NCBI GenBank assembly: GCA_963730185.1 | Contig: CAVSQW010000009.1 | Coordinates: forward strand, 224,001 to 288,000 | From: an uncultured Gemmatimonadales bacterium | GTDB taxonomy: Bacteria > Gemmatimonadota > Gemmatimonadetes > Gemmatimonadales > GWC2-71-9 | DNA length: 64,000 nucleotides | Direction: 5' to 3' | In this document: in pieces, positions 8,635-17,575 of the stretch | Numbering within the stretch: the stretch's first letter is position 1 | How the letters are laid out: each line of letters begins with the position of its first letter | Notes under the pieces: generated by a model | Database searches by the model: none | What the model saw: only the letters and a program-made list of their open reading frames with translations | What the model was told of the DNA's origin: nothing | Made by a program: the position numbers and the translations under genes

Positions 8635-10259
8635 GGGGTTCTGCCGCTTCCTTCCCGGGCACCCGCCGGCGGGTGGGGCGCCGGGCCCTCCTTGCCAGCC
8701 TGGTGCTCGCCGGCTGCGTCGGCCGGGTCGCCCGGCACGACAACATCCTTCGGGTGGCCTACGACCGCGAGATCGACGTCCTGAATCCGTTCACCAGCCA
8801 GAACCTGGTGGACATCAGCTTCAGCATGATCGAGGGTCTGGTCACGACCGACGACCACAACCAGTTCGTGCCCGTGCTGGCGACCACCATTCCCACGGTG
8901 GACAATGGCCTGGTGGTGGTCCATCGCGACGGGAGCATGGACGTGACCTGGCCGCTTCGTCAGCACGTCAGCTGGCACGACGGCGCCCCGTTCACCGCCC
9001 GGGACGTGTGCTTCACTTGGAGGTTCATCACCAGTCCCGGATCGGAGACGTACAACCGCGAGCAGTATCTCGGCATCGAGCGGTGCTCGACCCCCGACGA
9101 CCATACGGTCGTCTTCCATTGGAGCGGGACGTACGCCTATTACGCCGGGCTGTTCGAGGCCATCCTACCGGAGCACGTGCTCGGGCGACTGACCACCGAG
9201 CAGATCGTCAACTACGAGCCGTACAACCGCGGGCCCGAGACCGTCGGTACCGGCCCCTTCCGGTTCGCCGAATGGAAGGCGGGCGAATACATCAGGGTCG
9301 TGCGAAACGAGCACTACTGGCGAGGTCATGACCTCCCAGCCATCGATCAAGTCGTCTGGGCGTTCATCCCGGATGCCAACACCCGTCTCAACGCCCTTCG
9401 GTCGGGCCAGTACGACTACGGTCAGATCCTCCCGACCCAGGTCGGCCAGATTCGCCAGTTGTCCGGGTATCACGTGCGGTTGACGAGCTCGAACTCGGTC
9501 ATGCACCTGGACCTGAGCATCCGGACGCCGCGTGGTCGCGCGGTCTTCGACGACCTCCGGGTGCGTCAGGCGATTTTCCGCGCGATCGACCGACCCGCCA
9601 TCGCCGACAAGCTGATGGAAGGCACGGTGCATCTGGCCGATTCGCCGATCAACCCTACCAGCCTCTTTCACGACGATCGGGTGCCGGCCGTCGCCTTCGA
9701 TCCCGATCGAGCCCGCCACCTGCTCGACGAGGCGGGCTGGATACCGGGACCGGACGGGGTGCGGGTCCGGCAGGGTGAGCGCCTCACCTTCACGATCCTG
9801 AACCGGGCGGGAGCGGCCGATCGGATCGCCGTGGCCCAAGTTATCCAGGCCGAGCTCAAGGCGATCGGTGTGGCGGTCCGTCTCGAGACCCTGGAAAGCG
9901 CAGCCTGGACCGAGCGGTGGCGGAGTGGCCGGTGGGAGGCGGTCGTGAGCGCCTGGTTCCTGCCGGCCGACCCGAGCCTGACCGGCCTCTACGCCTGCGA
10001 CGGCGCCAACAACATGACCGGCTTCTGCGATCCCGAGCTCGATCGGTGGCTGAAGGCTTCGGATCGCACGCTGTCGACCGCGGATCGGAAGCGGGCGCTC
10101 GATCGGGCCCAGGAACGGCTGGCCGAAACCGCGCGGACCCTTCCCCTCTACTACAACGTGGTCCCGGAGGTGGTGAGCGATCGGGTGGTGAACTTCCGGG
10201 GGAGCGGTACCAACTTCGGGAGCTTCTGGAACCTCTACCAGTGGACGCTCGCGCCCTAG
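8631..10259 (+). CDS. Peptide/nickel ABC transporter substrate-binding lipoprotein (SBP family 5)
   Basis: Lipobox LAGC, WHDGAPFTARDV, VGTGPF, DLRVRQAI; GTGA overlap with upstream stop. Confidence 0.9.
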   Translation: MRGSAASFPGTRRRVGRRALLASLVLAGCVGRVARHDNILRVAYDREIDVLNPFTSQNLVDISFSMIEGLVTTDDHNQFVPVLATTIPTVDNGLVVVHRDGSMDVTWPLRQHVSWHDGAPFTARDVCFTWRFITSPGSETYNREQYLGIERCSTPDDHTVVFHWSGTYAYYAGLFEAILPEHVLGRLTTEQIVNYEPYNRGPETVGTGPFRFAEWKAGEYIRVVRNEHYWRGHDLPAIDQVVWAFIPDANTRLNALRSGQYDYGQILPTQVGQIRQLSGYHVRLTSSNSVMHLDLSIRTPRGRAVFDDLRVRQAIFRAIDRPAIADKLMEGTVHLADSPINPTSLFHDDRVPAVAFDPDRARHLLDEAGWIPGPDGVRVRQGERLTFTILNRAGAADRIAVAQVIQAELKAIGVAVRLETLESAAWTERWRSGRWEAVVSAWFLPADPSLTGLYACDGANNMTGFCDPELDRWLKASDRTLSTADRKRALDRAQERLAETARTLPLYYNVVPEVVSDRVVNFRGSGTNFGSFWNLYQWTLAP

Positions 10260-10263
10260 TTCG

Positions 10264-11217
10264 ATGGCCGCCTACCTCCGCCGCCGCCTGCTCCAGCTGG
10301 TGCCGCTCCTCTTCGGCATCTCGATCGTGGTGTTCGCCGTGATCCAGGCCGCGCCGGGCGGTCCCGAAGGCAGCCTGGTCGCGAGCGGCCGGTTCATCGA
10401 TCCGGCCGTGATCGAGGCGTATCGTCACCGGTTGGGGGTCGATCTGCCGGTGCCCGTCCAGTACGCACGCTGGCTGAGCGCCGCGGTCCAGGGCGACCTC
10501 GGCATCAGCTTCTCCACCACCCGACCGGTGGTCGCCATGATCGGCGAGCGGTTGCCGGCCACCCTCGAGCTGATGGCGGCGGCCTTCATCGTGGCGGCGA
10601 TCGTGGCCTTCGGGCTCGGCCTCTACAGCGCGCTTCGGCCGTACAGCGTGGTCGACTTTCTCACGACCGGCGCGTCCTTCCTCGGGATCGCCATGCCGGT
10701 GTTCTGGCTCGGCCTCGTCTTGCAGTTGGTGTTCGCGGTGCGCCTGGCCTGGCTTCCGGTGGCGGGAACCCACACGGTCGGCGCGGCCTCGCTGGGCGAT
10801 CATCTCCTCCACCTCTTCCTGCCGGCCCTGGTGCTCTCCACCCGCTACATCGCGGCGTGGTCCCGGTATCTCCGATCCAGCCTGCTCGGGACCAGTCGCG
10901 CGGACTATGTTACGACCGCTCGGGCCAAGGGCCTCGCGGAGCGGCGGGTGATCGGGGTGCACGCGGTCCGGAACGCCGTGGTGCCGGTGATCTCGGTGAT
11001 GGCGCTCAACGTGGCGGACCTCTTTTCCGGGGCGGTCATCACCGAGACGATCTTCGCCTGGCCCGGGATCGGCCGGCTGTTCGTCCAGGCGATGTTCGCC
11101 CGGGACTATCCCTTGCTCATGGGCATTCTGCTGCTCGGGTCGCTGGCCGTGATCGGGTTCAATCTCCTGGCCGATCTGCTTTACGGGGTGCTGGACCCCC
11201 GGATCCGGTATGGCTGA
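10264..11217 (+). CDS. Peptide ABC transporter permease (DppB/OppB type)
   Basis: GDLGISF, RLPATLEL, DYVTTARAKGL, ETIFAWPGIG, RDYP. Confidence 0.93.
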   Translation: MAAYLRRRLLQLVPLLFGISIVVFAVIQAAPGGPEGSLVASGRFIDPAVIEAYRHRLGVDLPVPVQYARWLSAAVQGDLGISFSTTRPVVAMIGERLPATLELMAAAFIVAAIVAFGLGLYSALRPYSVVDFLTTGASFLGIAMPVFWLGLVLQLVFAVRLAWLPVAGTHTVGAASLGDHLLHLFLPALVLSTRYIAAWSRYLRSSLLGTSRADYVTTARAKGLAERRVIGVHAVRNAVVPVISVMALNVADLFSGAVITETIFAWPGIGRLFVQAMFARDYPLLMGILLLGSLAVIGFNLLADLLYGVLDPRIRYG

Positions 11218-12115
11218 GCGGCTGAGCGGGTTCGGGGCCCGGTTGGCGCGCCATCGGCTGGCCACGGTGTCGCTGGCCGTGGTGGCGGTGATCGCGGCGG
11301 TGTGTTTCGCCGCCCCGCTCCTCGCCCCATATCCACTGGACGCCATCGACCTGGACGCCCTACGGCTGGCTCCGGGGCCGGGTCACTGGATGGGCACCGA
11401 CGACCTGGGCCGCGACGTCCTTGCCCGAGTCCTCTACGGCGGCCGGGTCTCGATCCTGATCGGGCTCCTCGCCGCCTTGACGGGCACCCTCGTCGGTACG
11501 GCGGTCGGCGCGGCGGCCGGCCTCTACGGCCGGCGGCTCGACAACCTGCTGATGCGGATGACCGACGTCGCCTACGCCATTCCCACCCTACCGCTCCTCA
11601 TCGTCCTCAGCGCCTACTCGAGGGCCGCGATCGGGTCGATGGTCTTGATCATCGGCGGGTTGAGCTGGATGGCGACGGCCCGGGTCGTCCGGGCCGAGGT
11701 GCTCTCGCTCCGGGAGCGCGCCTTCGTGGAAGCCGCCCGGGGGCTCGGTGCCACCAACCTCCGTCTGTTGCTCTGCCATCTGGTACCCAACACCATCGGC
11801 CCTCTCGTGGTCGGGGCGACGCTCGGCGTCGGCAACGCGATCATGATCGAGTCGTCGCTCAGCTTCCTGGGATTGGGGGTTCAGCCGCCGACTCCGACCT
11901 GGGGCAACATGCTGATGGATGCCCAAGCCACCATGGCGTCCAAACCATGGCTCACGATCTTTCCCGGCCTGGCCATCCTGCTGGTGGTCCTGGCCGTCAA
12001 CTTCATCGGCGACGGGCTCAACGACGCGCTCGATCCGAGACTCCGGCCCGGCCACGCGCGAGGAGTCGGCGCCGGGCGGACGCCGGATCCGCTTCCCACC
12101 CTCGAGGCTCCATGA
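11210..12115 (+). CDS. Peptide ABC transporter permease (DppC/OppC type)
   Basis: HWMGTDDLGRD, FVEAARGLGA, ESSLSFLGLGVQPPTPTWG, GDGLNDALDPR. Confidence 0.93.
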   Translation: MAERLSGFGARLARHRLATVSLAVVAVIAAVCFAAPLLAPYPLDAIDLDALRLAPGPGHWMGTDDLGRDVLARVLYGGRVSILIGLLAALTGTLVGTAVGAAAGLYGRRLDNLLMRMTDVAYAIPTLPLLIVLSAYSRAAIGSMVLIIGGLSWMATARVVRAEVLSLRERAFVEAARGLGATNLRLLLCHLVPNTIGPLVVGATLGVGNAIMIESSLSFLGLGVQPPTPTWGNMLMDAQATMASKPWLTIFPGLAILLVVLAVNFIGDGLNDALDPRLRPGHARGVGAGRTPDPLPTLEAP

Positions 12116-13299
12116 CCCCACCCCTTCGGGTCGGCGTGATCGGCGCTGGCCGCTGGTCCCGGACCGCGCACCTTCCCGGCTTTCGTCGCTCGCCGCTGGC
12201 GGAGCTGGTCGTCGTCTGCGACCGCGACCGTGATCTCGCCGAGCAGCGGGCGGCCGAGTTCGACGTGCCCGAGGTAGCGACCGACGCGCTCGAGGTCGTG
12301 GCCCGCCGGGACCTCGACGTGATCGACATCGTGACCCGGGGCGACCATCAGGAGCTGGTGTTCGCGACCCTGGACGCCGGCAAGCACTGTCTGGTCGAAA
12401 AGCCCGTCTGCCACGACTTCCGCGAGGTGTGGCGGGCGCACAGCCTGGCCGAGTCTCGGGGACTCAAGACCAAGGTCGGGCTCACCTTTCGCTATGCCCC
12501 CGCCATGAGGTATGCCTTCGACCTGATCCGAGAAGGCTTCGTGGGCGATCCATTCGTGTTCAACGGCTATGAGCAGAACTCGCAGTGGCTCGATCCCGAC
12601 AACCCGATGGACAAGCGGATTCACAAGGTACGTCCCGAGGCCGAGCCGCCTTGGGGGACCGACCTCTCTCGGGAGGGGATCACCGTCTCGGCGCTCGAAG
12701 GGTACGGCGCGCCGACCATCGACATCGGCCTGGAGATGGTGGGGAGCGATCTGACCCAGGTGGTCGGGCTCCTGGCCAACTTGGTGAAGTCACGGCGGCG
12801 GACCAACCTCGACACCGAGCGTGCGCGGATCAACATCGACGACGCCGATATGTTCATGGCGGAGGCCGCCAACGGCGCCATCTTCTCGATGCAGTCGAGC
12901 TATGTCACGATCGGCAATTATCCCGGGATCGAAACCAGGATCTTCGGTTCGCGGGGCGCGATCAAGGTGCGGCTGGTCGAGGAGTTCGGCGTCATCCAGA
13001 CCATTGATACCGCCACCGCCGATGCGGTGGAGTTCGTCCGCCGCGAGATCCCGGCCCGCTACTTTCCACCAGGGTATACCCCCGACGACAGCTGGGGTGC
13101 CGCCTTCTACGGCAATCTGGTCCACAACTTCTGCGAGGAGATCGTCGCGGGCGGGCCGGCGAACGAAGGGAACTTTGCCCAGAGCGCCCGGGTGCAAGAG
13201 GTGATCAACGCGGTCGCGTTGTCCCATCGCGAGCGACGCTGGGTGGACCTGCCGCTCGGTCCGGAGCTCGGTGCGAGCCTCCAGACCAGTCCCTTCTGA
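12112..13299 (+). CDS. Gfo/Idh/MocA family oxidoreductase (atypical)
   Basis: LRVGVIGAG, GKHCLVEKP; ATGA overlap with permease stop fixes the start at 12112. Confidence 0.85.
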   Translation: MTPPLRVGVIGAGRWSRTAHLPGFRRSPLAELVVVCDRDRDLAEQRAAEFDVPEVATDALEVVARRDLDVIDIVTRGDHQELVFATLDAGKHCLVEKPVCHDFREVWRAHSLAESRGLKTKVGLTFRYAPAMRYAFDLIREGFVGDPFVFNGYEQNSQWLDPDNPMDKRIHKVRPEAEPPWGTDLSREGITVSALEGYGAPTIDIGLEMVGSDLTQVVGLLANLVKSRRRTNLDTERARINIDDADMFMAEAANGAIFSMQSSYVTIGNYPGIETRIFGSRGAIKVRLVEEFGVIQTIDTATADAVEFVRREIPARYFPPGYTPDDSWGAAFYGNLVHNFCEEIVAGGPANEGNFAQSARVQEVINAVALSHRERRWVDLPLGPELGASLQTSPF

Positions 13300-13333
13300 C
13301 CGCGTCGCCCGGCGGCGCAGGAGTCGACTCATC

Positions 13334-14329
13334 GTGTCGGAACGCAAGCTTCGCTGGGGTGTGATCAGCACCGCCAACATCGGCCGGGCCGCGGTGAACC
13401 CGGCCATCCAGGCCTCCCGGAACGGCGCGCTGGTCGCGGTGGCGAGTCGCGACCCGGCCGTTGCCGCCGAGTTCGCGGCGTGCCACGGGATCCCGCGGCA
13501 TTTCGGGAGCTACGAGGCGCTGCTCGACGACTCCGAGATCGAGGCCGTCTATATCCCGCTGCCGAACAGCCTGCACCGGGAATGGGCAATCAAGGCGGCC
13601 GAGCGCGGCAAGCACGTGCTCTGTGAGAAGCCGCTCGCTCTCGACGCCGCCGAATGCGGGGAGATGGCGGCCGCCGCCCGCGGCGCCGGTGTCAAGCTGA
13701 TGGAAGCCTTCATGTACCGCTTCCATCCGCGGATCGGGCGGGCCTCCGGCCTGGTCCGGGACGGCGCCATCGGCGAGCTCCGAGTCGTCCGGAGCGCGTT
13801 CACCTTCCGCCTGACCCGGCCCGACAACATCCGGCTAAGCCGGGAGCTGGGCGGTGGCGCCCTGATGGACGTGGGGTGCTACTGCGTCAACGTGAGCCGG
13901 ACGGTGGTGGGTGGCGAGCCGGTGGAGGCGCAGGCGTTCGCCCGGTTTGGACCGAGCGGCGTGGACCTGGAGCTGGCCGGCACGCTCCGCTTCGAGAACG
14001 ACGTCGTGGCGCAGCTCGACTGCGCGCTCTCGATGGAGCGCCGCGAGCATTGCGAGGTGGCCGGCACCGCCGGCGCGCTCACGATCGAGTCGGCGTTCCT
14101 GCCGGGGACCGAACCGGTCGAGATCGTCGAGACCCACGGACGGAGCCCGACGGTGCGCCATCCGATCGACGGCGCGGACCAGTACCGCCTCATGGTGGAA
14201 GACTTCGCCGACGCGGTGCTCCTCGACCGGCCGGTGCGCTATCCGGCCGCCGAAGCGGCCGCCAATCTCCGAGCGATCGCGGCCCTCTATCGCTCGGCGC
14301 GGACGGGAGGCGCGGTCGTGCGGGTCTGA
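13334..14329 (+). CDS. Gfo/Idh/MocA family oxidoreductase (sugar dehydrogenase-like)
   Basis: WGVISTANIG, YIPLPNSLH, GKHVLCEKP, GGALMDVGCY; AGGAG RBS before GTG 13334. Confidence 0.9.
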   Translation: MSERKLRWGVISTANIGRAAVNPAIQASRNGALVAVASRDPAVAAEFAACHGIPRHFGSYEALLDDSEIEAVYIPLPNSLHREWAIKAAERGKHVLCEKPLALDAAECGEMAAAARGAGVKLMEAFMYRFHPRIGRASGLVRDGAIGELRVVRSAFTFRLTRPDNIRLSRELGGGALMDVGCYCVNVSRTVVGGEPVEAQAFARFGPSGVDLELAGTLRFENDVVAQLDCALSMERREHCEVAGTAGALTIESAFLPGTEPVEIVETHGRSPTVRHPIDGADQYRLMVEDFADAVLLDRPVRYPAAEAAANLRAIAALYRSARTGGAVVRV

Positions 14330-14331
14330 GA

Positions 14332-14362
14332 AGCCGTCCGGCCCCTTCCCGACCGGACGGCT
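14332..14362. terminator. GC-rich hairpin between convergent genes
   Basis: AGCCGTCCGG-N11-CCGGACGGCT, perfect 10-bp stem; no U-tract. Confidence 0.5.
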
Positions 14363-14368
14363 CGACCC

Positions 14369-15415
14369 TCAGCCGTGCTGCGAATGCCACTCGGCCAGCA
14401 GCTCGGCTTCCCGCTTCCCCGAGATGCCGGGGCGCCGCCCCTTGCCGCCGTCCCACGGCTGGCCCAGCGACTTGAACCAGTTGAGCGTGTCACGGGTGGT
14501 CACCGCCAGCGGCCGGTAGGTCAACCCCGCCTTGATGGCCCGGGCCGGGCTGATCAGGCCGTTCCCCTTGTGGTCGCCGATCGGGGGATACCAGATCGGA
14601 ATGTCCCGCCAGGGCTGGATCTTCCGCTCGAGCAGGAAGTCGGTGCTGACCCAGGTGAACCGGACCTCGCCGCCGGTCACCGCTCGCATCCCATAGAGCA
14701 TCTCCGCGATCGACAGCGTCGCGGCCGGCCCGAACGCGTTGAACGGCCCGGTGGTGCCCTCTTCGAGCATCCGAATGATCCATTCACCCATGTCGCGAGC
14801 GTCGATCACCTGCACCGGGTCGGTCGGGTCGCCGGGGGCAAGCACCTCCCCGCCCCGATCGATCCGGACCGGCCAGTAGGTGAACAGGTTGAGGTTGTCG
14901 CCCGGCCCCACGATCCAACCTGGGCGCACGATCGTGGTGTGTCCGGGAAAGGCGGCCTCCACCTCTCGCTCGCAGAGCGCCTTCAGCGGCCCGTAGTACT
15001 TGGACACGTCTTCCGACTTGGGATCGGGCAAGGTCGCCTTGGGCGCGTCCTCGTCCAGATGCTCGATGCTGAAGTCGGCGTAGACGTCGCCGGTCGAGAT
15101 GAACAGGTACTGCCGCGCGTTGCCCTTCAGCAGCTGAGCCGAATCACGCACCACCCTCGGCACGAAGCCCGACGTGTCGATGACCGCGTCCCACGTCCGG
15201 CCTTCGAGCGGTGCCAGCCCCCCGTCCCGGTCGCCCACCAGCTTCTCGACGTTCGGGAAGAGGTGCGGATGGGTCCGCCCCCGATTGAAGAGGGTGGGCA
15301 CGTGCCCGCGCGCCAGGGCCGCGTTGACCATGTGCGGCCCGATGAATCCCGTTCCACCCAGGAAGAGGATGCGAAGCGAGGCGCGGGAGCGAAGGAAGTC
15401 CCGTCGAGTAGTCAC
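14369..15415 (-). CDS. NAD-dependent epimerase/dehydratase (extended SDR)
   Basis: ILFLGGTGFIG, FNRG, YGPLK (YxxxK), RPGWIVGPGD; GTG start 15415 inferred. Confidence 0.88.
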   Translation of the reverse strand: MTTRRDFLRSRASLRILFLGGTGFIGPHMVNAALARGHVPTLFNRGRTHPHLFPNVEKLVGDRDGGLAPLEGRTWDAVIDTSGFVPRVVRDSAQLLKGNARQYLFISTGDVYADFSIEHLDEDAPKATLPDPKSEDVSKYYGPLKALCEREVEAAFPGHTTIVRPGWIVGPGDNLNLFTYWPVRIDRGGEVLAPGDPTDPVQVIDARDMGEWIIRMLEEGTTGPFNAFGPAATLSIAEMLYGMRAVTGGEVRFTWVSTDFLLERKIQPWRDIPIWYPPIGDHKGNGLISPARAIKAGLTYRPLAVTTRDTLNWFKSLGQPWDGGKGRRPGISGKREAELLAEWHSQHG

Positions 15416-15581
15416 GTGGGCGTGATCCGGATCAGAGGTGGGCCGGCGTCTATCGGAGCCAGGAAGTTGCTGCCCCCGCGGCGCCACGGCAACCGGTCCG
15501 TGAACGAAGTCTCACGGGGAATTCCTCCGTCCGTCACGGATCGGGCGATACGGTGGGTCAAAAGCGGGAGGAGGCTCCCCC

Positions 15582-16154
15582 ATGTCGCGCATCCTGTTTG
15601 TCTTCGGGACGACCGACGGACACACGGCCACGGTCGTCGCCACGGCGGCCGAGGCCCTCCGGACGGATGGTGAGAGCGTCGACGTGGTCGAGGTCCGATC
15701 CAGCGGGCCGGGGCCGCGCCCAGAGGAGTACGACGCCGTGCTCGTGGCCGCGTCGGTTCACGCGGGGGGCTACCAGCGGGCCGTCTTCCGCTGGGTCCGG
15801 GAGCATGCCGCCGCACTCAATGGGATGCCGACGGCGTTCTTCACGGTGTGCCTCGCGGTCCTGGAAGACAACCCCCGGTCGCAGAAAGACCTGGCGGGCA
15901 TCGTCCAGCGCTTCGTGGTCAAGACCGGCTGGCGTCCGAACCGTCGGAAGTACATCGCTGGCGCACTCCTCTACACCAAGTACGGTTGGGTCAAGCGCTT
16001 CATCATGAAGCGGATCGCGACCAAGACCGGTGGCGGTACCGACACGTCGCGCGACTACGTCTACACCGATTGGGATGACCTGCGCGCCGCCGTGCGGGCG
16101 TTTGCCGCGGATCTCCACGCCGCAGCTCCCAAAACGTCGACCGCAACGCCCTAA
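15582..16154 (+). CDS. hemG: Long-chain flavodoxin, HemG-like protoporphyrinogen oxidase
   Basis: FGTTDGHT FMN loop, AASVHAGGY, AGALLYTKY, TDTSRDYVYTDW; GGAGG RBS. Confidence 0.8.
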   Translation: MSRILFVFGTTDGHTATVVATAAEALRTDGESVDVVEVRSSGPGPRPEEYDAVLVAASVHAGGYQRAVFRWVREHAAALNGMPTAFFTVCLAVLEDNPRSQKDLAGIVQRFVVKTGWRPNRRKYIAGALLYTKYGWVKRFIMKRIATKTGGGTDTSRDYVYTDWDDLRAAVRAFAADLHAAAPKTSTATP

Positions 16155-16165
16155 TTCGGTTCCGC

Positions 16166-17575
16166 TCAGGACCGAGCGGGCTCGATGTCGACCACGATGC
16201 TGCGCCACTTCCCCTGGCGGAAACGGAGCACGCTCAGGAGGCAGCGGGTGACGTGGCCCGCGAGGATCGCGATCCAGATTCCGGTCGTCGTCAGCCCCCG
16301 GGCCTGCTGAAGGGCGGCGCAGATCCCCAGCGGGATGACGATCTGCGAGACGATGGATATGTAGAGTGGGCTCCGGGTGTCCCCCGACCCCTGGAGCCCG
16401 CCCGTATAGTTGAGGGCCACCGTGATGAAGAGGCCCGAGACGCTCAGGAAACGGAGCAGCTGTACGCCGATCTCCACCACCGCGGGGTCGGTCATCCCGA
16501 AGAAGGCGAGCAGCCCGCGCGGAACGAACAGGAAGAGCAGGCCGATCAGGCTCGCCAGACCCAAGCCGATCCGGGCCGCGCCGTGGACGGCCTGGATCGC
16601 CCGCTCGCGCTGACCGGCGCCCAGGTTCTGCCCCACGACCGTGGCGGTGGCCCCCATCAGGCCGATCGACGTCCAGGTGATGAAGGAGAAGAGCTCGCCG
16701 TAACCTATCGCGTAGGCTGCCTGCGCCTGGGCCGAGAGGTCCAGCGAGCCGACGAAACGAAGCAGCAGCACGCCGGCCACGTTCATCGCCACGCCTTGCA
16801 CCCCTGACGGCAACCCGAATCGAAAGAGCGACCGGATCACGGTCCAGTCCAATCGCAGTCCGAGTCCCTTCGGGAAAGACACCACCCAGGTGCCGCGGCG
16901 GAGCATCACGAGCGCCACCAGGCTGGTGCCGCCGGTCGCCAGCACCGTGCCGATCGCCGCCCCGGCGGTCCCGAAGGCCGGAATCGGGCCGAGCCCGCGG
17001 ATCAGGATGACGTTGAAGATGATGTTCAGCACCGTGACGACGATCCCGAAGCGGAGCGGCGTCTTGGGGTCGCCGGCCGAGCGAAGGGCGCCGCCCAGCA
17101 TGAAGAACACCATCATGCCGAAGCTGAACAGGAACATGATCCGGAGATACGGAAGCGCTTCCGCCTTCACGGCGGCCGTGGCGTTCACCAGATCGAGGAG
17201 CCAGGGCGAGGCCAGGTACCCGAGAGGCGCGAGCACACCGAGGGACAGAATGACCGAGGTCAGGAAGGCTTGGTAGACGGTTCGGTTCACCTTGTCCGAG
17301 TCGCCCTGGCCGGCGAAGCGGGACACCATCACGCTCATCCCGGTGTAGAGCGACGAGATGAACACCACCACCACCAGGAAGATCTGCCAGCTGACCCCGA
17401 TCGCGGCGTTGCCGGTGAATCCGACGAAATGCCCGACCATGGCGTGATCGACGATGCCTTGGAGCCCGCCGATCATGTTCTGGAGCATGGTGGGCCAGGC
17501 GATCTTCCACACCGCCGGCAAAATCGGTCCTTCGACGAGAGAGCGGTCGAAACCGGCGGGCCGCCGTCCCGTCAC
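16166..17575 (-). CDS. MATE family efflux transporter
   Basis: About 12 TM helices, LRSAGDPKTP, VGQNLGAG, LQGSGDTRSP; GTGA overlap with upstream stop. Confidence 0.9.
   Translation of the reverse strand: MTGRRPAGFDRSLVEGPILPAVWKIAWPTMLQNMIGGLQGIVDHAMVGHFVGFTGNAAIGVSWQIFLVVVVFISSLYTGMSVMVSRFAGQGDSDKVNRTVYQAFLTSVILSLGVLAPLGYLASPWLLDLVNATAAVKAEALPYLRIMFLFSFGMMVFFMLGGALRSAGDPKTPLRFGIVVTVLNIIFNVILIRGLGPIPAFGTAGAAIGTVLATGGTSLVALVMLRRGTWVVSFPKGLGLRLDWTVIRSLFRFGLPSGVQGVAMNVAGVLLLRFVGSLDLSAQAQAAYAIGYGELFSFITWTSIGLMGATATVVGQNLGAGQRERAIQAVHGAARIGLGLASLIGLLFLFVPRGLLAFFGMTDPAVVEIGVQLLRFLSVSGLFITVALNYTGGLQGSGDTRSPLYISIVSQIVIPLGICAALQQARGLTTTGIWIAILAGHVTRCLLSVLRFRQGKWRSIVVDIEPARS

Noticed and set aside
11302..12111. 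Long N-terminal extension of the 665-aa ORF suggesting a fusion
   Set aside because: Alternate frame of the DppC gene; the real start is the ATGA overlap at 12112.
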